Source of the DNA: Histomonas meleagridis 2922-C6/04-290x | Taxonomy: Eukaryota > Protista > Parabasalia | DNA: 64,000 nt | Direction: 5' to 3' | Assembly (NCBI GenBank): GCA_020184695.1 | Contig: JAANOX010000236.1 | Coordinates: forward strand, 62,001 to 126,000 | Part shown: piece by piece, positions 51,601-62,067 of the stretch | Numbering within the stretch: position 1 is the stretch's first letter | Layout of the letters: each line of letters begins with the position of its first letter | Translations under genes and position numbers: made by a program | Notes under the pieces: model-generated | Told to the model about the DNA's origin: nothing | Seen by the model: only the letters and a program-made list of their open reading frames with translations | The model's database searches: none

Positions 51601-54600
51601 TATCACAATTTAAAACATCGAATGATTTATATGAACAATTTTTAAATGTTAAACCTTATGAAGAATTTATAAATGGAATTATCACAATTCTATTAAAAAT
51701 AAACTTAGAAAACATTAATACAACTGAATTATTAAAGATATTATTAAGTTTAATCGCATTTAATCCAATTAAATATTATAATTTAAATGATAATTTTTAT
51801 GAACTTTTAGTAAAACTTATGAGAAATGAACAAAATACTCAAATCATATATGAAACATTAAATCGAATTCATGAAACTATAAAATATAAAACTAATGAAG
51901 AAACAAATTCTTTTTTATCAAATCCTATAAAACAATATAAAGGTTTAAAGAATTTAGGTTCAACATGTTATGCTAATTCAGTATTACAACAATTTATACA
52001 TATTAAAGAATTTCGCGATTATATATTATCAATAAATACAAAAAAAGATACATGGATATATGAATTACAATTATTATTTTTACGATTAATGTTTTATCCT
52101 ACTAAATATGTTGATACCAAAAAATTCTTTTCTTTATGGAAAGGTTGGGATGGAGAAACCATTAATCCTAATGAACAACAAGATGCTGTTGAATTTCTTC
52201 AATTATTGCTTGATAAAATCGAAGAAAAAATACCAAATTCTACGAATATATTTAAAGGTATTTTCTTACATAAAATCATTGGATTAAATAATAATAATTT
52301 CATTAAGTATAATGAAGAAAAATTTATAACATTTCCAATCGAAATCTTAAATCATAATAATATTAATGATTCATTTAATAATTTTTTAATACCAGATTTC
52401 CATAATGATTATAACTCAGAAGAAATAGGTAAAATTGATGTGTTAAGATATCATCAAATATTAAAAGCACCGAAAATCATTATAATACAATTAAAACGTT
52501 TTATTTATGACTTTAAAAGTGATCAACGTCGGAAAATAGATTCGAAATTTTATTATCCGAATGAATTAAATATATCGAAATTAATGATCAACAATAAATC
52601 AATACAATATGAATTAATAGGTATTATTATCCATAATGGTACTGCATTTGAAGGACATTATTATTCATATGTTAAAATTAATAATGATTGGTATTGTTTT
52701 AATGATATTAAAGTCGAAAAATGTAAATTTAATGAAAACAAAAACATTTCGACAATCATTGAAACTAATTCATCGACTGCTTATATATTATTTTATAAGA
52801 AAATTAAACATAAAACTAAAACTAATTATAAAATTAATGAACAAATTATGGAAATATTATCCAAAGAAATACAAAAAATTTTACAAAAACAAGTTATAAC
52901 AAGTAATTCATATTCCAATTTCATATATAATATATCGAAAAATAATTTTCCGTTTTTATTTACATTTATATATAAATGTTTAAATAACTCACAAAATAAT
53001 GAAATGATATCGAAGTTTTTCAATAAGTTACAATTACTTTTAAATGAAGAAAATTCAAATTTTATTATAAATAATTTTAAGAATTGTTGTAAGCCAATGT
53101 TATTAAAGAATTCCAATAAATTTATACGTGAAAATTATTCCAATATATTAACAAGAGCAATCCAAATTTTAAATGATCCAAAAGAAAACCAAAAATTATT
53201 TGAATTTATATTAACATTTAATAGTATTAAATATTGGAAAAACTTTGACGAATTCTTTATATCATTAAATTATTTATATAACTCATTAAATATCGATAAT
53301 TTATTATCATTAATATTCAATTTCTTAAATAACATTATACCAAATTATGTACGGAAACATCAAGTTAATAATTTATATCAACAAATTAACTTGAAAAATA
53401 TATTTCAAGTTTTAAATAATATTTTGTATAAATCAAATTGCAAAGTTAAATATAAAGAAATTATATTCTCGTTCGAATTCATTGATCATTGGTTACAATC
53501 AAATTATCATTCGATGGAATTCTTACATTTATTAAATATATTTATCATCGAATTTCCAGAATTATCAATATTTTATTTCCATTACTTAAGTAATAATTCA
53601 ACAAAATTCTCAGTCGAATTAATTTCACGTAACTTTTCGATATTAATTAACCCAAATGATGAAGATTGTTCGAATTATTTGTCTTGGATGTTTTCATTTT
53701 TAAGATCAAAATCAACAAATTATTGTGTTAAATTCATACAGAACTTAAATATTCAACAAAATATTGACTTTATACATTTAATTTTAGATTTTCAAGACTT
53801 TTGGATTCCAAATTTATTATTATCAAATGATTTAAACTTAAATGAAATTACACGAAAATTGTTAAACGTAAATAATACAAATGTATCGTTGAGTAACTTT
53901 TTGAGAATTTTACTTCATAAACTTTTTAAGATCAAACCGAAAAATCCCATTCAAACAATATCAATATTTAAATTAATGAAAAAAATTATAAAAAAAGATA
54001 ATAAATTAGCAAAAAAGTTACTTAAATATTCACAACAATTTATAGAATTACTTTATTCATATTTAAATATGTTATTAAAAGAAAATTTATCGATAAAATA
54101 TTTAGTTGAATTAATTTACACAAGTAAAAATTATAATAAAATATTTTTTTCACAGATTTCCATTACGAAATTTCTATCAGCGTTTAATAATATTAATTTA
54201 GATAATGAATTAAATGTTTATATTATTTATTTGATCATTAATTTCTTACCCAAAGAATATTCATTCGAATTAATTCAATCGGAACTATTTAACCGAATTA
54301 TATTATATTGTCTAAAAGATAAATGTCACAAATCGAATGATTTTTATTTATTTATTATCAATTTATTCAACAAAAACACATATCATTTAATAGCTAATGC
54401 AATTTGGCAAATTAAAAATCATAAAAACATTCGAAAGAATTATTATACTAAAATTACAATCAAATTATTAAAAATATATCCGAAAACTTCGAATATATTT
54501 ATGGAACTTAAAGTTAATAATTCATTACTTATAACATCAACTAAAAGAATTAACAAAAATATAACAAATGAACTTATGATATTAAAGACATTTACTGATA

Positions 54601-55094
54601 TATATAACGAAGAAGATAAATCTAAAGACAAAAATTGGATACAAAAGAAATTCATAAATCCAATTATTAAATTTTGGCAACAAAACAAATTATTCATAAA
54701 GAACTTAATCCAAAACATCCGAAATAATTTAGAAGCAATTATTAATATATTAATTTGCGTAATATATTTATCAAATGATATGTTAATATTTGTATTTGAA
54801 CAATTGTTTTTGAATCAAATAAAATTATCAAATTATAATGAAAAAGAAAGAAAAGTTATAATACTTTTACTAGAAAATATTACATTTCTGTTATCAAATG
54901 ATATAAATTATAAAGAACGAATCTTGAAAATGTTAATGAACGAATTCGTTTTATTAATTAATGAAAATGTTTTCGATGAATTTATATTATTATCTTTGAA
55001 TAGACAAATTAATTACATATTAGACAAAATACCAAATAAAATAATACAAAACGATTACAATGTTTGTTTGAAAAAATGGAAAAGTAAAAAATAG
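48675..55094 (+). CDS. Large ubiquitin-specific protease (C19, USP9/24/34-like)
   Basis: Cys box GLKNLGSTCYANSVLQQ, EQQDAVEFL, IIQLKRF, His box IIHNGTAFEGHYYSY and WYCFND, embedded in a 2139-aa helical scaffold. Confidence 0.88.
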   Translation: MRDLSENWITNLLSVSNSSAIEDHCNKLVSKIHSIHEGNLSNFVDESVDDFLELTSPQIIIAILSSNPNNKEHAILLNKILETYLSIVPDIFFTNHPKFIASALKCIEREDYMFYTNTDLIFFYTNLKEFINSNILLIITDHFENDININFEVAHSALKLTFYFKNRWDKTQYMKLLNTFLQWLTNLINNLDRNNLRDFNDKQIINIFNLLFSNIDNNNETYNVIQNLQIKFCIEMLNSNLLSKQFNSLHMLRNKRNLSNDLLKELQNNKVIDNLMDNLHNDLLKNFYWLFELMLKKELLTIEQLSKFWNITVTRFSSSLDSWVTIYSNLPTNMSNEFWTIISKTELFPFQIFSFLRKLVGFTKDKEKMLIFEYIYKLIFQEKTEYYEYENSLIETIPYFIPNNKEFRIDIKNRCLNLLQNKTKIRVALNILKKIALNFNENESIDMFHQFLNVHPDFDIETNEYFNFLLINLRHFNHPLNEDESNQFEQLLISIIETKQNLIQKFFEDISKTEKIIFSDDFFISFLSKICELSDIKNESFYSLIISLFKQANYRYFEERINTINIIQKDLVAIDYIWKFLYLTSSKQIAKFLSILYLRNNNYNTANLYIERCFKEPLSYGNLLSLIYSIKTRESIIPKDKKINEFIIDTDLIPIKVCGSYVGQFVFKSPIYYFKLKNKISKFFIIEKDKFDIKINNVQPEISSLIELNNETIINIITKQRNISEPLRLINYLAQEHSQKLINLISNNPDKKLSKISLKILNLIPTNETEKENLMKNNINWNDIFDISNKYLLIYRLNIIGKLIQTNWVYTFIKEGINIYLRKLIFETKLYQKHRIILKIITTLIHNKYNFFNNFLEEDLIKVINIMNEEINNNNNEQIIEDFLVIMHYIIKKNYFIIPNISNEIELMKKLIFHSNPKMRKYILKMINLRKEKKEILIRILPFSDHEYCSEYFNLLKENISKEDTELYHKIFNYLISQFKTSNDLYEQFLNVKPYEEFINGIITILLKINLENINTTELLKILLSLIAFNPIKYYNLNDNFYELLVKLMRNEQNTQIIYETLNRIHETIKYKTNEETNSFLSNPIKQYKGLKNLGSTCYANSVLQQFIHIKEFRDYILSINTKKDTWIYELQLLFLRLMFYPTKYVDTKKFFSLWKGWDGETINPNEQQDAVEFLQLLLDKIEEKIPNSTNIFKGIFLHKIIGLNNNNFIKYNEEKFITFPIEILNHNNINDSFNNFLIPDFHNDYNSEEIGKIDVLRYHQILKAPKIIIIQLKRFIYDFKSDQRRKIDSKFYYPNELNISKLMINNKSIQYELIGIIIHNGTAFEGHYYSYVKINNDWYCFNDIKVEKCKFNENKNISTIIETNSSTAYILFYKKIKHKTKTNYKINEQIMEILSKEIQKILQKQVITSNSYSNFIYNISKNNFPFLFTFIYKCLNNSQNNEMISKFFNKLQLLLNEENSNFIINNFKNCCKPMLLKNSNKFIRENYSNILTRAIQILNDPKENQKLFEFILTFNSIKYWKNFDEFFISLNYLYNSLNIDNLLSLIFNFLNNIIPNYVRKHQVNNLYQQINLKNIFQVLNNILYKSNCKVKYKEIIFSFEFIDHWLQSNYHSMEFLHLLNIFIIEFPELSIFYFHYLSNNSTKFSVELISRNFSILINPNDEDCSNYLSWMFSFLRSKSTNYCVKFIQNLNIQQNIDFIHLILDFQDFWIPNLLLSNDLNLNEITRKLLNVNNTNVSLSNFLRILLHKLFKIKPKNPIQTISIFKLMKKIIKKDNKLAKKLLKYSQQFIELLYSYLNMLLKENLSIKYLVELIYTSKNYNKIFFSQISITKFLSAFNNINLDNELNVYIIYLIINFLPKEYSFELIQSELFNRIILYCLKDKCHKSNDFYLFIINLFNKNTYHLIANAIWQIKNHKNIRKNYYTKITIKLLKIYPKTSNIFMELKVNNSLLITSTKRINKNITNELMILKTFTDIYNEEDKSKDKNWIQKKFINPIIKFWQQNKLFIKNLIQNIRNNLEAIINILICVIYLSNDMLIFVFEQLFLNQIKLSNYNEKERKVIILLLENITFLLSNDINYKERILKMLMNEFVLLINENVFDEFILLSLNRQINYILDKIPNKIIQNDYNVCLKKWKSKK

Positions 55095-55102
55095 AACTTT
55101 CA

Positions 55103-56245
55103 TCATTTGATTGTTGAAATGTTTTGATATAAACGTTGGATTCTATCGTCTTTGGATTCAATGGTTTTCTTTACTCTGTGGGCAATTTGTTCCATCGTTT
55201 TCTGATGTTCAGTTTTTAACGTTTCGATTTCGTTTTTGTTTTCATTTCGCATTTCTTCGATTTGCGCTTTGAGTCTTGTGATGTTTGCATTGAGTAATTC
55301 GTTTTGTTTGGTGACATTTTGTAACTCAATCGTTTTACAATCGATTTCTTTTTTGTGTTTCTCTTCGTTTTCTTTGAATGCTTTCGTTTCGTTTTCTTTT
55401 TCGTTTTGTTTTGATGATAATTTTTGTTGAAGTTCTTCAATTTGTAGCTTTAATTTGTTGCATTCGCATTTCTGAAGTTTATTTTGAAGTGACTTTTTTT
55501 CCTTATCGTTTAACTCTTTTTGTGTTTTGTAGAGATGCAATTGTCGTTTAATTGATTCAATTTCAGTGGATAATGAATTCTCTTCTTTACGGTTTCGGTC
55601 GTTTGTGTTTTGAAGTTGATCTTGAAGTGATGTAATTTCTTCATTTGCATCTAATGAAAGTTTTTTCGTGACTTCTTTTATTATGAACTTGTGTTTGTTT
55701 TCAAGGCGCGTGATTTCGTTTTTTGTTTTTTGTTGAAATTCAGAACGAAGATTTTCAATTCGAATGGATTGCCATTGAAGTCGTTCTGTTTCAAGTTTTT
55801 GTTTCATTTGTTGCTTAACCAATTCTATTTCTTGTGGAACTTTTGAGAGTTGAAGTGAAAGATCATTTTTCATTTTTTGTTCTTTTTCAAGTGCTGTTTC
55901 CTTCATGGCTTTTATCTCTCTATCACATTCTTCATTTATTTTATTGATTTCCCGTTCATTTTCTGATTTAAGATCTTGAGATTTTGTATTAAATTTTTCA
56001 TTTTCATTTTCAATATGTATATTATGATCTGATTTAAGATCTTGGATTTCTTTTGCATGCTTGTCAAGTATTTTTTGTAATTGAGGTTCAAGTGATTTTA
56101 TTATATCATCCCTACAATTTGCTAATAAAGATTGAGCTTCAATAAATTGTTGTTTTAACTTTTCATAAATTTCTTTTAATTTTTGGTTTTCTTGTGTAAC
56201 TCTTTGTAGAAACTCTTGATTTTGATCTACAATCTTTCTCGACAT
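55103..56245 (-). CDS. Hypothetical coiled-coil protein
   Basis: 380-aa E/K/Q-rich heptad-like ORF. Confidence 0.75.
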   Translation of the reverse strand: MSRKIVDQNQEFLQRVTQENQKLKEIYEKLKQQFIEAQSLLANCRDDIIKSLEPQLQKILDKHAKEIQDLKSDHNIHIENENEKFNTKSQDLKSENEREINKINEECDREIKAMKETALEKEQKMKNDLSLQLSKVPQEIELVKQQMKQKLETERLQWQSIRIENLRSEFQQKTKNEITRLENKHKFIIKEVTKKLSLDANEEITSLQDQLQNTNDRNRKEENSLSTEIESIKRQLHLYKTQKELNDKEKKSLQNKLQKCECNKLKLQIEELQQKLSSKQNEKENETKAFKENEEKHKKEIDCKTIELQNVTKQNELLNANITRLKAQIEEMRNENKNEIETLKTEHQKTMEQIAHRVKKTIESKDDRIQRLYQNISTIK

Positions 56246-56303
56246 TCATTTGAAGACGTTTATTTTTCTTAACGTTTCTTAATGTAAAAGTGACAAGTTA
56301 ATA

Positions 56304-56723
56304 ATGTGTGCTGAAGCAGTAAAAATTCGACCTTCAGCAAAACGTCTTCGAGAACTTTATCGAGAACTAGATGAAAGAAATCGCTCTTCATTAGCAAACA
56401 AATATTCTTTAAAGAATATTTTCCCTATGATTATTCTTCCAAAAGATAAAGATGTAATTCCATTACAAAATTGGTTCCTTATGCGAATGAAATTAAGTAA
56501 GCCATTTACCTCTAAAAAGACAATTCCGTCAATGCTTATGATTTATGGCTTTGTTGTTGAATGGCATGAAGATAAATATCCAAAGCCAGACTATAGCACA
56601 GATTATTTTGTAAGGTTTGAAGATGACGATCAAGTAGAAGCAGCAATAATAGCATCACGTAAAAAAAGAATCAGAGTTGGTTCGCAAATTGTTAAATGTT
56701 ACAGAGTTACTGAAGTGAGATAA
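56304..56723 (+). CDS. Hypothetical protein with possible divergent RRM-like C-terminus
   Basis: 139-aa ORF; YFVRFEDDDQVEAAIIAS..IRVGSQIVKC resembles RNP1 to beta4. Confidence 0.5.
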   Translation: MCAEAVKIRPSAKRLRELYRELDERNRSSLANKYSLKNIFPMIILPKDKDVIPLQNWFLMRMKLSKPFTSKKTIPSMLMIYGFVVEWHEDKYPKPDYSTDYFVRFEDDDQVEAAIIASRKKRIRVGSQIVKCYRVTEVR

Positions 56724-56884
56724 TAAAATAAAACAAATATACAAATAAAAATCCTTTATCTTGATATTTATTTTTTGTTTCAAAGATCAAAATATTAAAA
56801 ATTGTTAAGTGTTTTAGAAGAGAACAACACATTTTTTTAAATAATTTTTTTTCATTGAGTTTAGTGAATTAAGTTATTTTCATC

Positions 56885-57904
56885 TTAATGATTTGACTTC
56901 TGAAGCCAATCCAAAGCAACATCTCTTTCTTTAATGAGATCCTTTTCAGTGTCCTTAAGCTTTTCTTGAAGCCAATCTTGAATTGAAAGATCTCTTACAA
57001 TATGAACTTTTCCATTTTTATCGATTGTGCATGGCAATGAATACACAATTCCTGGTTCCAAACCATAAGGCCTGTCTTCAGGTACAATGACGCCAATAGA
57101 TAATATTTCACCAGGCTTTGTTCCAAATAACCAAGCTTTCATATGCTGTATAGCAGATTTTGAAGGAGAAGCTGCAGAAGTCATTCCTCTACATTCAAGA
57201 ACATCCCAAGCTCTATGACGTATCTTTTCAATGAATTCTTCCTTTAAGTATTTATCTTCAACGAAATCAACAATTGGAATATTATTTCCATTCGTTTCTA
57301 CTGTTGCATGAGTAATATCAGGAACCATTGTTTCACCATGATTACCCCAAACAATTACACCACGGACTTGGTTTTTATCAACTCCGATTTTATTAGCAAT
57401 TTCAGATATTGCTCTATTATGGTCAAGTAATGATAATGAAGTAAAGTTTTCTTTTTTAAGATTTTCACAGCAAAATGAAGATACGAATGCATTTGTGTTA
57501 TCGGGATTTCCTATAACTAAAACTTTACATGTTTGCTTTGCGAATTTTGATAACCAAATACCAATATTCATAAAAATCGGTGCATTTGCTATAAGCATAT
57601 CTGCTCTTACTTGTCCTGGCTTTAATGGAACACTGGCAACAAGGAATGCACAATCAATATCAGTAAATGCTTCTTCTGGATCTGTTGTTGCTACGATTCC
57701 AGAAAGATAAGGAAAAGCACAATCATTAAGTTCCATAACTAAACCTTCAAGTCTCTTTTGTGCTGCTGGAATTTCGAATAAATGTAAAATAATGTTTCGT
57801 TCTCCATAGAGTTCACCTGAAGCAATCCAATGAGATAAAATATATCCTATTTGTCCTGCTGCACCAGTAACTAAAATACGAGCTGGTTCTTGTTGAGAAT
57901 CCAT
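56885..57904 (-). CDS. LDH: Trichomonad-type L-lactate dehydrogenase (cytosolic MDH-derived)
   Basis: ILVTGAAGQIGYILSHWIASGELYG, specificity loop ASVPLKPGQVRAD (Leu where MDH has Arg), IGNPDNTN, VWGNHG, TSAASP, IQHMKAWLFGT. These closely follow T. vaginalis LDH as I recall it. ATG at 57904. Confidence 0.85.
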   Translation of the reverse strand: MDSQQEPARILVTGAAGQIGYILSHWIASGELYGERNIILHLFEIPAAQKRLEGLVMELNDCAFPYLSGIVATTDPEEAFTDIDCAFLVASVPLKPGQVRADMLIANAPIFMNIGIWLSKFAKQTCKVLVIGNPDNTNAFVSSFCCENLKKENFTSLSLLDHNRAISEIANKIGVDKNQVRGVIVWGNHGETMVPDITHATVETNGNNIPIVDFVEDKYLKEEFIEKIRHRAWDVLECRGMTSAASPSKSAIQHMKAWLFGTKPGEILSIGVIVPEDRPYGLEPGIVYSLPCTIDKNGKVHIVRDLSIQDWLQEKLKDTEKDLIKERDVALDWLQKSNH

Positions 57905-58718
57905 ATATAAAAGTGATGAATAAAATTTAGATTCTTGTTTCGTAAAAAATTTCATTCATTTAAAAAACGAATTCATTTTATTAAAGAATTTAATAAGATA
58001 AGATAATAATTGTATGCAAAATATTCAATCGAAAATAGTACTATAAACCATTTTTTTCAATAAGATAAAATAATACTTTTGGGACAATTTTCAAAATACA
58101 TATCATCTACTCTATTATTATAAAAAACCAATTTGTAATAACACGTGTAAAATAAAAAGACATATTTAGGAACTTAAGTTCAATATTTTGAAGGAATGAA
58201 ATAAAAAGAAGAATGATATTACAAATAAGAGAAAGATAAAATTTATTATCACATATAATTTATTTAAATTTCGTTTAGTATTTTAATTCTCAACAACATA
58301 TTTCCACTGTAAAAATCATTGAACTATTTCATATTGCTTTAAATAATGATATATCATTAAAGGATATCCTTTAATATTTAAAATTTTCAAAAAGATAAAG
58401 ATTCGATTTCAACAATGACTTATATCAGAGTTTTTTGTTTTATGCATGAAACAATAATTTTGTTAAAATAATATTAATTTTTAATTTTTTAGCATGTGCG
58501 TCATATAATATATAGTATCATCAAGGATATTGAACAATCATTTTTTAATTCAAGTTCCGTGCATTATTTTCCTTTAAGTAAAGGATTTTACTTGTTTCTG
58601 AAGAATCACCAAAAAATTTGAAAATTTATTTTTTTTTAAAGAATCATAAAAAATAGTAACTAGAAATGTTTTTTAATTCCAAGTTGCGCTAAAAAGGTTA
58701 CTTGATAAATAATTTAAT

Positions 58719-58984
58719 TCAATTATCATCAAGATCCCATGGCTCTTCCCAATATAATTCAGCAAGAAAATTGCATGCAATTTGACATTGAGAATTTTCA
58801 CAATCACAGCTTGTTCCAATTTTGGTCAACTGAAAATCATCGAATGCATTTCGACAAATTCTTTGATGTTCTTTCGACCTATATCTTTTTTCACAATAGC
58901 TTTTGAGTTTTTGTTGAACTTCTTGACTACGAGTATATTGTATTCCTTGAAATATACGTTCAAAAGAGCAAAAAGAAGCAACAT
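58719..58984 (-). pseudogene. Frameshifted small secreted 6-Cys protein, paralog of 59440-59703 (missed by the ORF track)
   Basis: MLLLFALLNVYFKEYNI in one frame. In the -1 frame: TRSQEVQQKLKSYCEKRYRSKEHQRICRNAFDDFQLTKIGTSCDCENSQCQIACNFLAELYWEEPWDLDDN*. Span is 266 nt. Confidence 0.7.
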
Positions 58985-59439
58985 CAGAGCAATCTGCCGT
59001 TGTTCACAACTGCGGAGGTTATACACAATATTTTAATGCTTTACTTTTTAAATTAAAATTTTGAATATAAATTTGATTATCTAACCGCAAAGAAAAAAAA
59101 ATAACCTTGAAAAAATTAAATTTCTTGGAAAATATTCATTTTTTAAGTTATATTAACATAGCTGCTAAATGTGTACCTGTGTTTGTCTTTACAAACAAGA
59201 TGTGTTTTTATTAATGAAGTCAATTGTTTCAAACATCAATTAATTAACCAATTTTATGGTATTTCTATAAAAAATTATTCCTCTTGACTTAAAAATATTT
59301 AATAATTCTATCTGAATATATACATTTTTTTTGAACAAAACAAGATTGAGTACTCAATCAACATATGTTTCCGGAGTTTCACTCGAATTTGATGTAATTT
59401 CTTACCATAACAAAAATATACAGAGAGTTGTTTAACGAG

Positions 59440-59703
59440 TTATTTTCGATCAATACCCCAGGGTTCTTCTTTATATAGCATAGCAATGAAATCGCATGCT
59501 TGCTGACAAGCAGATTTCTTGCACTTACAATTTGAAGGTCCGATATTGCCTTCTGGTTCAAAATTTTTGTATGAATCTAGGCATACTTTCTTTTCTGGAC
59601 CAAATTTCTCGCAAAATTTTTCGAGTTCATTCTTAACTTCAGCAGCACGATCTAATTTTACATCATCAAAAAGTAACTTGAAACAAAGCACAAAAAGAAA
59701 CAT
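59440..59703 (-). CDS. Small predicted secreted 6-Cys protein
   Basis: MFLFVLCFKLLF signal-like start; mature C-x9-C-x17-C-x-C-x4-C-x3-C, then LYKEEPW; conserved with the adjacent paralog. Confidence 0.75.
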   Translation of the reverse strand: MFLFVLCFKLLFDDVKLDRAAEVKNELEKFCEKFGPEKKVCLDSYKNFEPEGNIGPSNCKCKKSACQQACDFIAMLYKEEPWGIDRK

Positions 59704-60175
59704 TAAAACAATTTGTTGTTTGTTTGAATTTTGAAAATGTTGTCTAATTCGTTTTGTCATTTTGACAAATTTGACTCATGTTCCTAATCGATCAAAACCG
59801 TTAGATTTTTGGAAAAATTTTGTAAATTTTACAACCAAAATTGCGTTTAACCTCATACATTGTTTTCATTTGAGTCGAATCAGAAATCTAAAAGATGAAC
59901 TTTTAAAACAATAAATTTCTTGAAAAGAATCACTATATTTTAATTCAGAGCTTTCAATTTTTTATAAATTTCTGATGATTTTTTTAAACTATAAACTTAA
60001 ATGTTATAATTCATAAGCATACATTTCTTTGATTTGTTAAGAATTTCTCTTGTCTAAGGTAGAAGCTTGAACAATTGGATAATTATCCAAAAAAAAAAAT
60101 TAAAAACGAAATTTATTACCGAAGTTTTCTGACAATTTTTTTTGTGAACTAATAATAATGTCAGAAAATAACTGT

Positions 60176-61381
60176 TTATAAGTGACTTCCCAATGCTGTT
60201 CCACTTCCTCTAGTTGTCTGTGCTCTTCCATATGCCTTCTGGTTCATTCCCAAATTGTCCAAGTCGACAATATCAGAGAACTCAGAAAGCATATTTGTTT
60301 TATTGGGTTGTTGTGAAGGTTGTGGAGGTGCTGATGGGCTAATAAAATCATCCAACAAGTTTACTTGTTGATTTTGTGGTTGTTGTTGAGGAGTCGAAAA
60401 GTTTAGAAGATCATCAAATTGATTATTATTTGATTTTGGTTGACTGTTTTGAGCAGGTGAAGGATTCGAGGGGCCAAATATGTCGAGGAGTGGATCACTT
60501 TTCACGTTATTCTGTATTGATTGATTATTTGAAAAATCAGAAAATGGATCAAATGACTGACCATTATTTGAATTTCCAAATGGATCGAATGGCTCTTGTT
60601 TAACCATAGGTGCTTTAGAATGTTTCACTGGACCTCCTGGCGGAGGTGGCAAGAATGACGAATTATTTGATCTGGTTTGGTTTGATGTTTTGTTGACTGG
60701 CTGTGGCTGGGGGTTCTGTTTTTGATTTTGTACTGGTTCTTCATCGTCATATTCGTAGTCATACTCATCATTATTATTTTGTGGCGCTTTGGGTGCAGAC
60801 ATTGCTGTGCTGTTATAGTTCTTATAGTCATCTGAGTAATTTGAGGTTCTGTAATTTGAATAATTATAGTTATATCCGCCATCATTTCCAAAGGCAGTAA
60901 CTTTAGATTTAAGCTTGTTGGCTTTCGCTCGCTCAGCTTCATACATTTCGTTGTCATTTGCCATTGTTAAAATATTTTTAGCTTTTTGGCGAACAACAGC
61001 TTCTAATTGTGCTTCTTCACCAACACTATATTTTTGTGAATATGATAGAGACTGAAGGAGGCCTGACATAGATTTTGTTTCATTGCGGAATGATGTATGA
61101 CCATTTCTTAAAAGATATTCTAAAAGAATTAGTGTTTTTTGAACATGTCTGATATCTGGATCGCTGAGGCGTTCCCAAATTACTTTTTTGACTTCATCAC
61201 ACGCACTGTAGTTAAATGTTAGTTGAGCAATTTCTTGCATTTGAGAATTTGATGGACCCCATTTTTCATCATTCGTGGCTTCAAGAACAAGTTTTTCATT
61301 TTCAGTCCTTCCTGATAAGACATATGATGTAGACCTAATTTTTTCTTTTGCCCATCGCCACATTTCAGTCATCGGAGTCAA
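60176..61381 (-). CDS. Epsin/EpsinR-like ENTH-domain protein
   Basis: VLEATNDEKWGPS, HVQKTLILLEYLLRNG, VRQKAKNI, YEAERAKA; DPF, DLL and DDF clathrin/adaptor motifs in the disordered tail. Confidence 0.9.
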   Translation of the reverse strand: MTPMTEMWRWAKEKIRSTSYVLSGRTENEKLVLEATNDEKWGPSNSQMQEIAQLTFNYSACDEVKKVIWERLSDPDIRHVQKTLILLEYLLRNGHTSFRNETKSMSGLLQSLSYSQKYSVGEEAQLEAVVRQKAKNILTMANDNEMYEAERAKANKLKSKVTAFGNDGGYNYNYSNYRTSNYSDDYKNYNSTAMSAPKAPQNNNDEYDYEYDDEEPVQNQKQNPQPQPVNKTSNQTRSNNSSFLPPPPGGPVKHSKAPMVKQEPFDPFGNSNNGQSFDPFSDFSNNQSIQNNVKSDPLLDIFGPSNPSPAQNSQPKSNNNQFDDLLNFSTPQQQPQNQQVNLLDDFISPSAPPQPSQQPNKTNMLSEFSDIVDLDNLGMNQKAYGRAQTTRGSGTALGSHL

Positions 61382-62067
61382 TTGAACAACGGTTTAACAT
61401 TTAACTTTTTGTATTTGACGATAAAAAAAACATTATTGGAAACTCAATTCAAACTTTTTTTCTTCAAAAAATCATTTTATTTTCTTTATTGTTCAACTAA
61501 ATCAGACAATAATTATTTCTTAATGAACTGGCCTTAACGGATGTAATTTCAATATCTATAAAAATTATTAATTCATTTTTCAAATTCAATTCAATTTTGT
61601 AAAACACTTTTTGGTTTATAGACGTTCATCTCCGTGTTCTTTTAGAAACGTGGTGAATTAGTTGTTTGCATATTTCGTTATGAAAATACAAACTTATTAT
61701 TTTGTGAAATAGGAAATTTTTCCTAGAAATTTACACTTTTTTTCCAAAAGGTATTTTACATTAAATCGGAATATATTCGAAGGAATTAATCAAAATAAAA
61801 TTACTAAATGATTCAAAATGGAGAAATAGAAAAACTTTCTTCAAAAATATTCTCAAAAACAAATTTTGATTTTAATCTAAGAAATAAATTCATTTTATGA
61901 AAGATATTTATTTACGAACAAAGAAAAAATTAAGCTAATTGTTATTTAGGATTTTTTGGGTCAATTAAATGCTTTATATATTTATTACTTAATGAAGCAA
62001 ATGCAAATAAAACAGGTAAGTATGTGATTTTTTTTGAGAATATGGTGATTTGTCATCATATAAAAAA

